DNA of 64,000 bases from Candidatus Marinacidobacterales bacterium (lineage in GTDB: Bacteria > Acidobacteriota > Vicinamibacteria > Marinacidobacterales > DATDRI01): contig CBDCNP010000002.1 in assembly GCA_965219415.1 (NCBI GenBank), positions 896,001-960,000 on the forward strand, in the 5' to 3' direction. The first letter of the stretch is position 1. The number at the start of each line of letters is the position of its first letter. The translations under genes and the position numbers were made by a program. Positions 31,001 to 41,220 of this stretch are shown here, one piece after another. The notes beneath the pieces are model-generated. The model saw only the letters and a program-made list of their open reading frames with translations. It was not told where the DNA came from and made no database searches.

Positions 31001-31356
31001 CGATCGAATGGGCGCAGATGGAGGATGGCGTCCAACTACGGGTCGGCGCTCGCGCGGCAACGGACGCGACTGCCCGCGCTTGGTCCAGGCGGACCATGCA
31101 GCGTCTCGGTTTCGATATCGAGGGCAGGCAGGCGATGCATCCGGTAGACAGCATCATCAACCCCTACTTCATGCCAGAGTACGCTGGGTACTACTTTGGC
31201 AATTCGAGCGCGAATCTCTCCATGGGCGCACAGCTCGGCAACCAGTTGCGAGGCGTGCCGTCAAATACACCGGTCTTTGTCGAGTTCGTGGGGTTTCCTG
31301 CCTACGAGGTCGCGCCTGCTATAGCACCGCCGGTGGTGCCTACGACCTGGCGCTAG
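25098..31356 (+). CDS. SpvB/FG-GAP/TcdB-midN/Rhs (YD-repeat) protein with C-terminal putative toxin domain (several frameshifts 25960-27870)
   Basis: Signal peptide; IVVPAGTGGIQPSLSLAYNS..G.GNAGVGWSL (SpvB-like); DxNGDG repeats; YYDSEERRFRGFG; YD repeats; core GFTGAEHDRES...RFVQPD...NRYAYARNNPVRYTDPSG. Confidence 0.9.
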
Positions 31357-31424
31357 GCCAGATTTCGCCTCGAGTTCTCAGAGGCGTTTAAAAAGTCGAT
31401 TCTCGTCCGGACGAGACACTCCCC

Positions 31425-31597
31425 TTAGTCCAAGAAGTACAGTTTCCAGAAACTGGTCTGGCCTTCATCTCGGGCAAGGTTCACGAGCTTGCCATCCTTG
31501 ATGACCATTGACAACGTGCGAAGGTTGGAGATGTGCTCGAGTGGATTTTTTTCAACGACAATGAGATCGGCCAGCTTGCCGGCTTCGACGGTTCCCA
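31425..31597 (-). pseudogene. Diverged copy of the 3' end of the amidohydrolase gene (33134-33306)
   Basis: Encodes LGTVEAGKLADLIVVEKNPLEHISNLRTLSMVIKDGKLVNLARDEGQTSFWKLYFLD*, colinear with 33134-33306, differences mostly at third codon positions. Confidence 0.9.
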
Positions 31598-31606
31598 GGC
31601 GGATCG

Positions 31607-33085
31607 TTAGCGTGCCGCCGGGATTGGATCGCCCTTGGGGATCGGTCCGGCCCACCGCAGCACGGTCAACCCGCCGCCACTTCCGTCGGTGACGTAGAGG
31701 AGTTCGGTATCGGGATCCTGAAAAACCTCTCGAGTATGCCGGTCAACCCTGCCAGGAGCCGCGTACCGCGGCGAAACGTAGAACCCTACTTCCCGCGGAA
31801 GGAATGGGTTTGAGATATCCCAGACACGGACTCCCTGGTCATACCATGCTTGGTAGAGAAGACTCGGCGCTCGGGAGTCGAACCACGGCAAGTGAGCCGA
31901 TTGCTCACCCGGTGGGCATCGAAACTCGCCTTCCATGGAGTTGAAGTCGTCGTCCACGTGAGGAATACGGTAACTCGAAACCACTTGCGGATTGGACAGG
32001 TGCGAGATGTCGACCAAGCGACCAAAACCAGGCGGGCAGTCGAAGATCTCGTCCGTGAGTACGAGCAAGCTTGGATGTTCATCCGGATCCGTGACGACGG
32101 GAGCGGAAGTGTGAGCGGCTCCGATTGAGCCGCCACCAAAGGGGGGCACGTAATCGAGCCTCGAGATAATCGTTGGCTCGAAAGGATCGTTCACATCCAC
32201 GATCACGAGGCCTGCGTCCCGCCACGCGATGTAGAGTCGCTTCTTGTGAAGCGTAATCTCGTGGCACCAGACTTTCTGTTCGGTTCCGTCAGGATTGAAC
32301 CGATCGCGTCCTTCAAACTCCTCCCCTTGATGTTGCCCCGCGATGTGCAATGAGCTGGCAAGCGTGGGGGATGTCGAATCTCGATAGTCGATGATGAGCA
32401 GCTCCTGGTTTCCTCCGGGAACGCCCAGTTTGCTGTCCGGCGTATTCGCACAGGCATAGACGAAACTGTCGTCGATCTCGAACCCGTGCGTCCTCCCAGA
32501 ATCCCGAGTCAGGAAGAAAGCCAAAGGCTGGGGGTCGCGGGGATCGGAGATATCATGGAAGCTAATGCCAGCCCTGACCGGTTCGCCTGGGGGTGGCTGG
32601 GTGGGGTTCGACGCGCGTGTGTCGTGTGTCGCAACCAAGATCTGCCGCATCGTGTTCAAACGAAGGTAGGGGCAACGCGTTCCTGGGTTGCACGGGATGA
32701 AGCTCCACGCCTTCATGTTCTTCGGGTTGGACACGTCGGCGATGAGGATTCCGAAGAGCGTTGGCGGGCTATCGTAGCCGGCAAGGAAGGCGATGCCCTT
32801 GTGAATCCGCGGTGTATTGAAGCCGGCCCCTAGACCGTTCTGTCGTGCGAAAAGAGTCAGCCAAGGGCCTTTGAAGTAGCTATGGCCCACTACCTCGAAG
32901 TTCTTCAAACTCGAGAACGCTTCTGTTTCGCTGAGGGTTAGATCGAAAACGTCTTTACCTTCGGGCAACGATTTCTGTTCCACCTTCCTTCCCGGCCCTT
33001 GCCCGCATAGGAAATTCGGCTGGAACGCCAAGGCCACCGAGAACAATATCAACAGGCTCGCCACGACCCGAATCCTCGAGCTCAT
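31607..33085 (-). CDS. LVIVD-repeat (beta-propeller) secreted protein
   Basis: Signal peptide; repeats IADVSNP, HDISDP, GLVIVDVNDP, LVDISHLSNP, VWDISNP. Confidence 0.85.
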   Translation of the reverse strand: MSSRIRVVASLLILFSVALAFQPNFLCGQGPGRKVEQKSLPEGKDVFDLTLSETEAFSSLKNFEVVGHSYFKGPWLTLFARQNGLGAGFNTPRIHKGIAFLAGYDSPPTLFGILIADVSNPKNMKAWSFIPCNPGTRCPYLRLNTMRQILVATHDTRASNPTQPPPGEPVRAGISFHDISDPRDPQPLAFFLTRDSGRTHGFEIDDSFVYACANTPDSKLGVPGGNQELLIIDYRDSTSPTLASSLHIAGQHQGEEFEGRDRFNPDGTEQKVWCHEITLHKKRLYIAWRDAGLVIVDVNDPFEPTIISRLDYVPPFGGGSIGAAHTSAPVVTDPDEHPSLLVLTDEIFDCPPGFGRLVDISHLSNPQVVSSYRIPHVDDDFNSMEGEFRCPPGEQSAHLPWFDSRAPSLLYQAWYDQGVRVWDISNPFLPREVGFYVSPRYAAPGRVDRHTREVFQDPDTELLYVTDGSGGGLTVLRWAGPIPKGDPIPAAR

Positions 33086-33133
33086 CTCTCACCTCACCGA
33101 GAAAGAATCTCCTCCGGACGAGATTCGCCCCCC

Positions 33134-34456
33134 TCAGTCCAAAAAATACAATTTCCAGAAGCTAGTCTGGCCTTCATTTTCGGCAAGGTTAACGAGCTTG
33201 CCATCCTTGATGACCATCGACAACGTTCTAAGGTTGGAGATGTTCTCGAGTGGATTCTTTTCAACGACAATGAGATCGGCCAGCTTGCCGGCTTCGACGG
33301 TTCCTAGAACGTCCAGCATCCCCACCATCTCCGCGGAATTTCTCGTCGCCGCCATGATGGCGCCCATCTCGGTGATGCCGGAAAAAACCAGTTGCTCGAT
33401 CTCCAACATGCCTATCTCATCGATCGGATTGGAATCGCTCCCGGTAATGATCTTAACGCCGGCTTCGAAGGCCTTGTTCAATACCACCCGAGCACTGCGG
33501 GCCATCTCCGGTGATCGTTCATCGGCGTAAGCAACCAGAACCCTTCCCTCGACGACGTCTTCAGGTGACTCGAAACCCGCGTCCTTGATGAGCTGTTCCC
33601 GCTCGGCGATGTAGTCCGCGCTCAAGTTGCAAACGATGGTGGGATCGAGAAAAACATTCTTTTCGGCCATCAGGCGAATCGTTTCATCGGTCAAACGATT
33701 GCCGTGCTCTATACCGTCCACGCCGTGTACGATCGCGATGCGAGCAGTCTCGCCCCCGGAATGGGCGGTGATGGGAACGCCTTGTTTGTGGGCTTCATCG
33801 ATGGCGGCAAAGATCTCCTGAGAGTTCATCCGACTGGCGATAATCTTGATGATCTCGGCACCGTTCTCGACGTGATTCCTGACTATCTGCCGGATTTCCT
33901 CTGTACTGCTTGCGGAGACGACCAACCAGTCGTCCTCATCTCCAACCGAAATGGGATTGCCGGAAGGCACGATGCGCGGCCCCGCGAAGACACCCGCATC
34001 GAAAGCTTCTTTCCAGGCCACGTCCACAAAATCACGTTCGCCGGTCATCCTCAAAGAAGTAAATCCACCCTTCAAGGCATCCATGGCGTTGCGACCCGCC
34101 CGTATCGTCGCGCGCAAAAGCGGTTCATCGTCTAGCAACCCTTTAGGGTCCGGTAAAAGGTCCGCTAGGTGAGAATGGTTGTTCCACAGCCCGGGCAAAA
34201 CATAGCCACCCTCTAGATCCAGAACGCGAGTGTTCTCGTCGGCCTCAGAATCCGTGAACGGGGTAGAGCGAACCTCCGATATTCGATTGCCTTGGATAAT
34301 GACGGTAGCGTTCTCAATCGGAGGTTGCCCGGTGGCGTCGATCACGGTGCCATTGATCAAGACGGTCGTTTGCGTGACTTCCTGAGTAAACCCTAACCCC
34401 GCCGATGCGAGTATCAGCCCGACCAGTATCGCTGCATTTAACATCATTGCTATCAC
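33134..34456 (-). CDS. Metal-dependent amidohydrolase family protein
   Basis: VLPGLWNNHSH, IKI, TAH, GIEHG, GSD, GTVEAGKLADL; signal peptide. Confidence 0.92.
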   Translation of the reverse strand: MIAMMLNAAILVGLILASAGLGFTQEVTQTTVLINGTVIDATGQPPIENATVIIQGNRISEVRSTPFTDSEADENTRVLDLEGGYVLPGLWNNHSHLADLLPDPKGLLDDEPLLRATIRAGRNAMDALKGGFTSLRMTGERDFVDVAWKEAFDAGVFAGPRIVPSGNPISVGDEDDWLVVSASSTEEIRQIVRNHVENGAEIIKIIASRMNSQEIFAAIDEAHKQGVPITAHSGGETARIAIVHGVDGIEHGNRLTDETIRLMAEKNVFLDPTIVCNLSADYIAEREQLIKDAGFESPEDVVEGRVLVAYADERSPEMARSARVVLNKAFEAGVKIITGSDSNPIDEIGMLEIEQLVFSGITEMGAIMAATRNSAEMVGMLDVLGTVEAGKLADLIVVEKNPLENISNLRTLSMVIKDGKLVNLAENEGQTSFWKLYFLD

Positions 34457-34495
34457 CCTCCATGTTCAAGCCATGGAAACACCCGAGAGAGCGGA

Positions 34496-35536
34496 TCAAT
34501 CGGGCACGGACGTCTTCATCCAGTATGCGGTGTTGTGAAAATTGGCGACCACGCTACCCGGTGGCACTAAATGGTCACACGCGACCCGCGTCTCGTCGTC
34601 CAGTTTCATCTCGGCGACCGGCAACAGGTGCTCGAGATGCTGCAGCGTCCTCGTACCCAGAAGAGGCGCCGTGATCCCGGGTTGGTCCTTGCACCAAAGC
34701 ACCGCTAGCTGGGCCGCGGAAATCCCGAGCCGAGCCGCGATCTTGGCAAACTCGCGGCCGATCTCGATGCCGCGCCGCGTCACCCGATCGGCGTAAAAGC
34801 CGCCGCGCTTGGCCGCTCTCGAGTCGGCCGGATACTGCTCGGCATCCGCGTACCGGCCGGCGAGAACGCCCATCGCGATAGCGCCCCAAGAGATAATGCC
34901 CAGCCCATGCCGCTGGCACATGGGTACGAGCTCGTTTTCGATCCGCCGGTCGAGAAGATTGTACGGCGGCTGTTCCGAGGCATACCGCACGTATCCCTTC
35001 AGCTCCGACACCATGATCGCCTCCATGACCAACCAGGCGGGGTGGGTCGAGCAGCCTACGTAGCGCACCTTCCCTTGACGCACCAAGTCATCCAGAGCAC
35101 GTATCGTCTCGTCCAACGGAACGTCGAACGACGGACGATGGATCTGGTACAGGTCGATGTAATCGGTCTGTAGCCGCTTCAGCGCTTCCTCGCAGGCCCG
35201 CATGAGGTTCAGGCGCGAGTGTCCGGTGCGGTTAGGGCGCGTCTCGGGGACAAAGTCGTCCAGCGAAACGCCGCGCCGCCGCCAGCCGTGGTCGACTTTG
35301 GTAGCCAGTACGACGGAATGGCGAAGGCCGCGCTCCTTCACTGTCTTACCGATGATCGTCTCACTCATGCCCTCTGCATAGACGTCACCGGAATCGACGA
35401 GGTTGATGCCCGCCTCGAAGGCTCGGTTGAGGATTTTCGTCGCGTCCTCGGCCGATGTTGCGTCGCCAAAATTGTCGGAGCCGAGACATAGAGCCGAGAC
35501 CTTGACCCCGGTACGTCCTAGAACCCGGTATTCCAC
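34496..35536 (-). CDS. Aldo/keto reductase
   Basis: YRVLGRTGVKVS.LCLG, D.GDVY, LATK, LQTDYIDLYQIH, GKVRYVG. Confidence 0.95.
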   Translation of the reverse strand: MEYRVLGRTGVKVSALCLGSDNFGDATSAEDATKILNRAFEAGINLVDSGDVYAEGMSETIIGKTVKERGLRHSVVLATKVDHGWRRRGVSLDDFVPETRPNRTGHSRLNLMRACEEALKRLQTDYIDLYQIHRPSFDVPLDETIRALDDLVRQGKVRYVGCSTHPAWLVMEAIMVSELKGYVRYASEQPPYNLLDRRIENELVPMCQRHGLGIISWGAIAMGVLAGRYADAEQYPADSRAAKRGGFYADRVTRRGIEIGREFAKIAARLGISAAQLAVLWCKDQPGITAPLLGTRTLQHLEHLLPVAEMKLDDETRVACDHLVPPGSVVANFHNTAYWMKTSVPD

Positions 35537-35643
35537 AAGAGCACTCCCTTTGAGGCGACACTATACTCCGCCACACCTGGCCGCTGAAAGTGAATGAACT
35601 AGCCCTTTGACTTTTCGGCCCCCCCGAGACTATTTTCGGTCGC

Positions 35644-36095
35644 ATGGGGGACAAAAGAATCTATTACCGCGAGCTCAAGAAGTACAAGTACCAGCTCATG
35701 ACCGAGTACTCCCACTCGACGGATCTAGAGATCAACGGGGATATCGGCACCATCGACGACTACGTCTACCTGAGCAAGAACGGTGAGCTGGACTGAAGAA
35801 AAGCTACGCCTGGGATGGTCCGAGCGGGCCAACGGTCGACACTAAGAACTTCATGCGGGGTTCTCTCGTTCACGACGGACTCTATCAACTGATGCGGGAC
35901 GGACTTCTGGACCATGAGAAATACCGGAAAGACGACGACCTGCTGAGGGTCGTCTGCAAGGAGGATGGCATGTCCAGCTTCCGCGCCTGGTACGTGTACC
36001 GGAGCGTCCGCATCTTCGGCGGCTCCTCCGCGGAACCTCGGCCAAGGGAGCCTGCCGATTGCGTTTGGGCACCGACTCCTCCTCCCAGTGAATGA
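35644..36095 (+). CDS. DUF1353 domain protein (frameshift near 35790)
   Basis: MGDKRIYYRELKKYKYQL... joined to YAWDGPSGPTVDTKNFMRGSLVHDGLYQL...EDGMSSFRAWYVYRSVR. Confidence 0.75.
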
Positions 36096-36179
36096 AGCCG
36101 TTAGGCCGAAGCTGAATCGCGATGTCAACCAGGAACACATCGCCGCCATTTTGACGCACGATTTTGGACGGAGGTGACC

Positions 36180-38232
36180 ATGAGACCTTTCCTCGCAACC
36201 GCGATTGTATTTTCTGCAGTCACTAGCTTTGCCGAAGAATCGAACCGATTCGAGTACGTGGACGTATTCCAGCTCGAGTACGCCTCCGATCCACAGATTT
36301 CTCCAGACGGAACGCGCACCGTGTATGTCAGGAACTCCATGGATGTCATGGAGGATAGGAGGCGGTCGGAGCTCTGGCTGGTCAGCGCGGACGGCAACGA
36401 TCACCGCCGGCTCACCGCCGGCTCACCGCCGGCACCGGAAACGAATCCTCACCTCGCTGGTCACCGGACGGAACAAGGCTCGCCTATGTCTCGAGCGCGG
36501 AGGGATCTTCGCAAATTTTCCTCCGCTGGATGAAGACCGGACAGATCGCCGAGCTGACACAGCTTCTCAAGTCTCCGAGCGGTATCACCTGGTCGCCGAA
36601 CGGTGAACAGATCGCTTTCTCCACGCTCGTTCCCGAAGATCCGCACGCCTCGCCGAGCTTCCCGCAAAACCCGAGGGAGCCCAATGGGCCGATCCTCCCC
36701 GCGTAATCACCAGATTGAAGAATCGAGCCGATGGCGAGGGGTACGTGCCTCACGGTTACCATCATTTGTTCGTGCTCCCGGCCGATGGTGGAACACCGCG
36801 TCAGATCACCACGGGTTCCTTTCATCACCGGGACGCGCCGGCGTGGACTCCGGATGGGAATTACCTCGTTTTCTCGGCCAATCGGAATGAGGAATGGGAA
36901 TACGAATTCCGGAATTCCGAGGTCTACAAGGTATCTCTGTCCGATGGCAGCATCGCGGCGCTCACCGATCGAAACGGTCCTGATCACAGCCCCACCGTCT
37001 CTCCCGACGGGCGTCAGATCGCGTACTTGGGCTATGAAGATCGCATCCGCACCTACCAAGTGACACGGCTCTACGTCCAGAGCGCCGATGCGAGCGACAA
37101 ACGGCTCGTCACCGAGAGTTTGGATCGGTCCGTTTCCAATCCTGTCTGGTCACCGGACGGACGGGGCCTCTTCTTTCAGTACACCGACGAAGGGAATACC
37201 AAGGTCGCCCACGTCACGCTGGGAGGAAAGGTGACGATCCTCGCCAGTGACCTCGGCGGCACGTCCTACGGACGGCCATACGCCGGCGGCTCCTTTTCGG
37301 TGGCAGAGAACGGCCGGTTCGCGTTCACGCAGACGCGGCCAGAACGACTCGCCGACGTGGCAATGGGCTCGCGAGATAGCACCGGCGTCGAGCGGGTCAC
37401 GTCGTTGAACGACGATCTCTTTGGACACAAGACGCTGGGGAAGGTCGATGAGATCTGGTGGGAATCTTCTTTCGACAAGCGCCGGATACAAGGATGGATT
37501 GTGACACCGCCCGATTTCGATCCCAGCCGCAAGTATCCTCTTATTCTGGAAATCCACGGTGGGCCGATCTCCCATTGCGGTGACCGCATTTCTGCAGAAG
37601 TGCAGCTTTACGCATCGGCAGGTTACGTCGTGCTCTACGCCAATCCCCGGGGCAGCACGAGCTATGGCGAGGAGTTTGGCGACCTTCTCTACCACAACTA
37701 CCCGGGCGAGGACTACGATGATCTCATGTCCGGCGTGGACGCCGTGATCGCACGCGGCTACATCGACGAGGAGAACCTCTTCGTCACGGGTGGGAGTGCG
37801 GGCGGTATCATGACCGCCTGGATCGTCGGCAAGACGTCCCGCTTCCGCGCCGCCGTTGCCGCAAAGCCCGTCACCAACTGGTACAGCAAGGTCCTTACCG
37901 CAGACAATTGGTACGGGTATTACAACTATCGCTATCCCGGCTTGCCATGGGAAAATCCCGAAGCCTACTTGAAATTCTCGCCGATCTCCCTCGTGGGAAA
38001 CGTCACCACGCCGACCCTGCTCATGACGGGTGACGCCGACTTGAGAACGCCGCTTTCGCAGGCGGAACAATTTTTTCACGCGCTCAAGCTGCGCAAGATC
38101 GACACCGCGCTGGTGCGCATTCCCGGCGCCTCACACAACATCGTCCGCCGGCCGAGCCAGCTCATCACGAAAGTAGCTCACGTCTTGGCATGGTTCGAGC
38201 GCTACCGCACGCGGAATGCAAGAACTTCTTAG
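36180..38232 (+). CDS. S9 family peptidase (acylaminoacyl/dipeptidyl aminopeptidase) (frameshifts 36430-36680)
   Basis: PD40-like SPDG repeats, IHGGP, NPRGS.SYG, GGSAGG nucleophile, D.RTP, ASH. Confidence 0.92.
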
Positions 38233-39606
38233 CGGATCAAAAGGATCTTTTCGTTGCGCGGGTAGAGTAGCTCGACCCCTTGTGCGGTGACGATGGTATT
38301 GTCCTCGAAATTGATTCGGAGGCGCCTGCCGCCGTAAGAAGGCATCGCGGTGTGGGTGATAAATTCGAACGAGAAGATGTTGTTCGGCTGGATGGTTAGG
38401 AGCGCCCGCAACGCCCGGAACGGCGCGATGGAGGGACCGACTGCTACCTGGCTGTTGCCGGTATTACCAACGACGTGGCAGTCGATCGAGATCCCGGTGA
38501 CGTCCGGCCGATCGAAACTCTCGACGATCTGGCGGTCGATGGCGCCATCGTTGACAAAGGGCGTATAGACGAAACCCTCCTCCTCAAGAGCACTCACCAT
38601 GGCCTCGAGTGTTTCGGCGGCGGTGCGGCCGACCTTGATGTTCCGGCGCATGATGTCGCGCGCACGGCGACCTTCGTCGAACGCACGCTGGGATGTCTGC
38701 CGGTACCGACGTCTCTCCCTCACGCAGGATGTATGCGTTCCGCTTCATATCGGTGCCGAAGTTCAAGTACTTGACACCCATGTCGAAGGACAGCAGATCT
38801 CCACGCTGAAAGGCGTACTGACGGGAGCGAAGTTCGGATCGCTCGGCCGCGGAAGAGTGAATGACTCCCGGCCTGCTGAGACCGAAGGACGACTGGAGCC
38901 CACGCTCCATCAATTGGTCCTGGACCCACCAAGCGACGTCCTCCCGCGTCGTGACGCCCGGCGTGATGACGTCGCGGGAGAGAGCCTGTTCCAAAATCCG
39001 GCGGGTCATTTCGCCCGCATTCGCGAAGGCGACGATCTCGGACTGTACGCGACGGACGCGAAAATCAGTGATGAGTTTCTCGCTGGAGACGAGCCGGGCC
39101 GCGAACGTTTCGCCCAGTGTCTCGACGAGTTTCTGATAGCCGGAGTGCGAGAGGCCGTCCGCGGCGGCCAGCCACGCCGAAGTGTTCACGGCGATGCGCT
39201 CCGGATCGCGCTCTTGCACGAACTGCCGCAGCTCCGTCGAATCATTGGACGGGTACCACGCATCCCAATCGGAGAAAGTAAAGATGTCGTAGGCACCGCT
39301 GGTGCGCATACCTTGCCCCCGCCCGGCGAGCACGGCGCGCTCGATCCGGTCGCCCCCCCGGTCGGTGAAGATGAAATAGCCGGCGGTTCCCCCCATGTCG
39401 AGCGACAGTGCGTCGGGATCTCCATCGCGGATGACGTGAATCCACATGTCGATGCCGTTGTCACGCATCGCACCCGGCAAGACGGTGTCGAACTTCTCCC
39501 GCTGAATCAGATCCAGTAGCTCGGCGCGGGCGCGGGCTTCCTGCGCCGCTAAATCGAGTGCCGCGGCGAGACATGCGATCGCGACCAGCATCCCCTTCCT
39601 GACCAT
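38229..39606 (-). CDS. M24 family metallopeptidase, secreted (frameshift near 38695)
   Basis: ITPGVTT.EDV.WW, GDLLSFDMG...GTDMKRNAY, CHVVG, FSFE, FED. Confidence 0.85.
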
Positions 39607-39672
39607 GGTCCTTCTCCTTCCTGGCCAAGCGCCCGCAGGATAGACTATCACGCGCCTGGTATCATGTTTACA

Positions 39673-39693
39673 GTATCACGTGTTCCGTGATAC
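39673..39693. promoter_or_regulatory. Inverted repeat, probable HigA operator
   Basis: GTATCACG-N5-CGTGATAC ending 10 nt upstream of the toxin start. Confidence 0.7.
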
Positions 39694-39702
39694 CCTTTAC
39701 GG

Positions 39703-39984
39703 GTGATCCGGTCGTTCCGTGACAAGGATGCCAAGAGTCTACTGGCCGGAAACGTAGCTCGTAGACTCAGGGCAGTCGCGAGGGTAGCACAGAGAAAACT
39801 GCGGCAACTGCACGCTGCTCATCGGCTGGAGGATCTGGCTACCTTCCCTGGCAACCGGCTGGAGGCACTCAAAGGCGACCGCCGTGGACAGCACAGCATT
39901 CGGATCAATGACCGACTCCGCATCTGCTTTGTTTGGCGTAACCGCGATGCGTATGACGTAGAAATCGTCGTCGACTATCACTGA
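39703..39984 (+). CDS. higB: HigB (RelE/ParE family) toxin
   Basis: MIRSF.DK, PGNRLEALKGDR.GQHSIRIND..RICF.W, DYH; toxin-first order. Confidence 0.95.
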   Translation: MIRSFRDKDAKSLLAGNVARRLRAVARVAQRKLRQLHAAHRLEDLATFPGNRLEALKGDRRGQHSIRINDRLRICFVWRNRDAYDVEIVVDYH

Positions 39985-39999
39985 GACGGAGAGCCAACT

Positions 40000-40308
40000 A
40001 TGGTAAAAAAGAAGGCAACGCTTCCACCGGTTCATCCGGGCGAGATCTTGCGCGAAGATCTCATGCGGCCCTCGGGAATCAGCATCAATCGCCTCGCCCG
40101 AGACCTGAGGGTTCCGGTGACACGCATCAGCGAGATCGTGAACTGCCGGCGGGGTCTCAGTGCCGACACGGCACTGAGACTCAGCCGCTATTTTGGAAGT
40201 ACACCGGAGTTCTGGATGAACCTGCAGGCAGCGTATGACCTCGAAGTCGCCGGGCGAGAATCGAAACGCGAGATCGAGCGCGACGTGCACCCTCGCGAAG
40301 TCGCGTAA
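40000..40308 (+). CDS. higA: HigA antitoxin (Xre HTH)
   Basis: PVHPGEILRED, RISEIVN..R, ADTALRL.RYFG.TPEFWMNLQ..YDL. Confidence 0.95.
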   Translation: MVKKKATLPPVHPGEILREDLMRPSGISINRLARDLRVPVTRISEIVNCRRGLSADTALRLSRYFGSTPEFWMNLQAAYDLEVAGRESKREIERDVHPREVA

Positions 40309-40553
40309 TTCGCCCCGAGACATAGATGCCAGGAACTACGCATCGGGCGTGACACCATCCTTGTCGCGGTGTCGATGCCGATGATTTTTTTCTTCTCCCA
40401 TGCCCCTTGGTGGGCCGAGTAGTCCGTCGTCCGTTTGACCGGTCAACAACCGTCCCGTAGGATACCTCTGGTTTCAAATGGAAACATTCGGACCGTTCAC
40501 CGCCGGCTCGGTGCGGCAAGGGTGCCGGGCCATTCTTCCGAGGAGGTGATCGC

Positions 40554-41218
40554 TTGACGCTTCAACCGTATGTCAAGGAAAGAATCCTCGCATTCCTGAT
40601 CATCCTAGCCCTATACCTCTTATCGGTCGCGCTAGGCATCTATACGTTGCCAGCCTATGAGCATGCTTCAGGCATCCGGGACATCGGCCACCTTTTCGTT
40701 CCATCACTATTGTCGATGTACGGACGGGAGACGACCCAATATATATGGTGGCTCGGCACTCTGCCAGAAGAGCTTCTCTACGGCGTGATCGTCCTTGTCA
40801 TACTGTTCACCGGCAAGGGCATCCGATTGGGGTTCTGTCTGTATGGAGTTTACTTCCTTCACTGGCTTTTCTTGCATGCAACCACCCTACCGGTGCCCGA
40901 CGATATGGTGGGACTATTTCCGGAGGGGGTGTTTACCCTTGCGAAATTGGACCGGCCGGATTTTTGGTTCAGCGGACATGTCGCGAACGGCTTCCTCATT
41001 GCCTTGGCGACCGCCAAGAGCCCGCATGGTTAAAGATTCTTGCCTGGGTTTTCTTTGTTTTCCAAATATATCTCGTGCTTGCGACGAGAACGCACTACAC
41101 CATCGATGTGCTGGGTGCCCTGTTTGTCGCCTTCACAGTCCACCATTTTTCGTTTGGGGCCGTAGCCGCCCTCAAGCGTTGGGCGGGCATGCCGGTGCCC
41201 CAGCCCACCGGCTCGTAG
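40554..41218 (+). CDS. PAP2-superfamily membrane protein, sphingomyelin-synthase-like (frameshift near 41025)
   Basis: RDIGH, TTLP.P, DFWFSGH and RTHYTIDV motifs; multiple TM. Confidence 0.75.
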
Positions 41219-41220
41219 GA

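Noticed and set aside
31425-31655. ORF 31425..31655 as the Rhs immunity protein
   Set aside because: It is on the opposite strand and is a copy of the amidohydrolase C-terminus.
39703-40550. higBA as an integron cassette
   Set aside because: No attC-like RYYYAAC/GTTRRRY structure or integrase found nearby.
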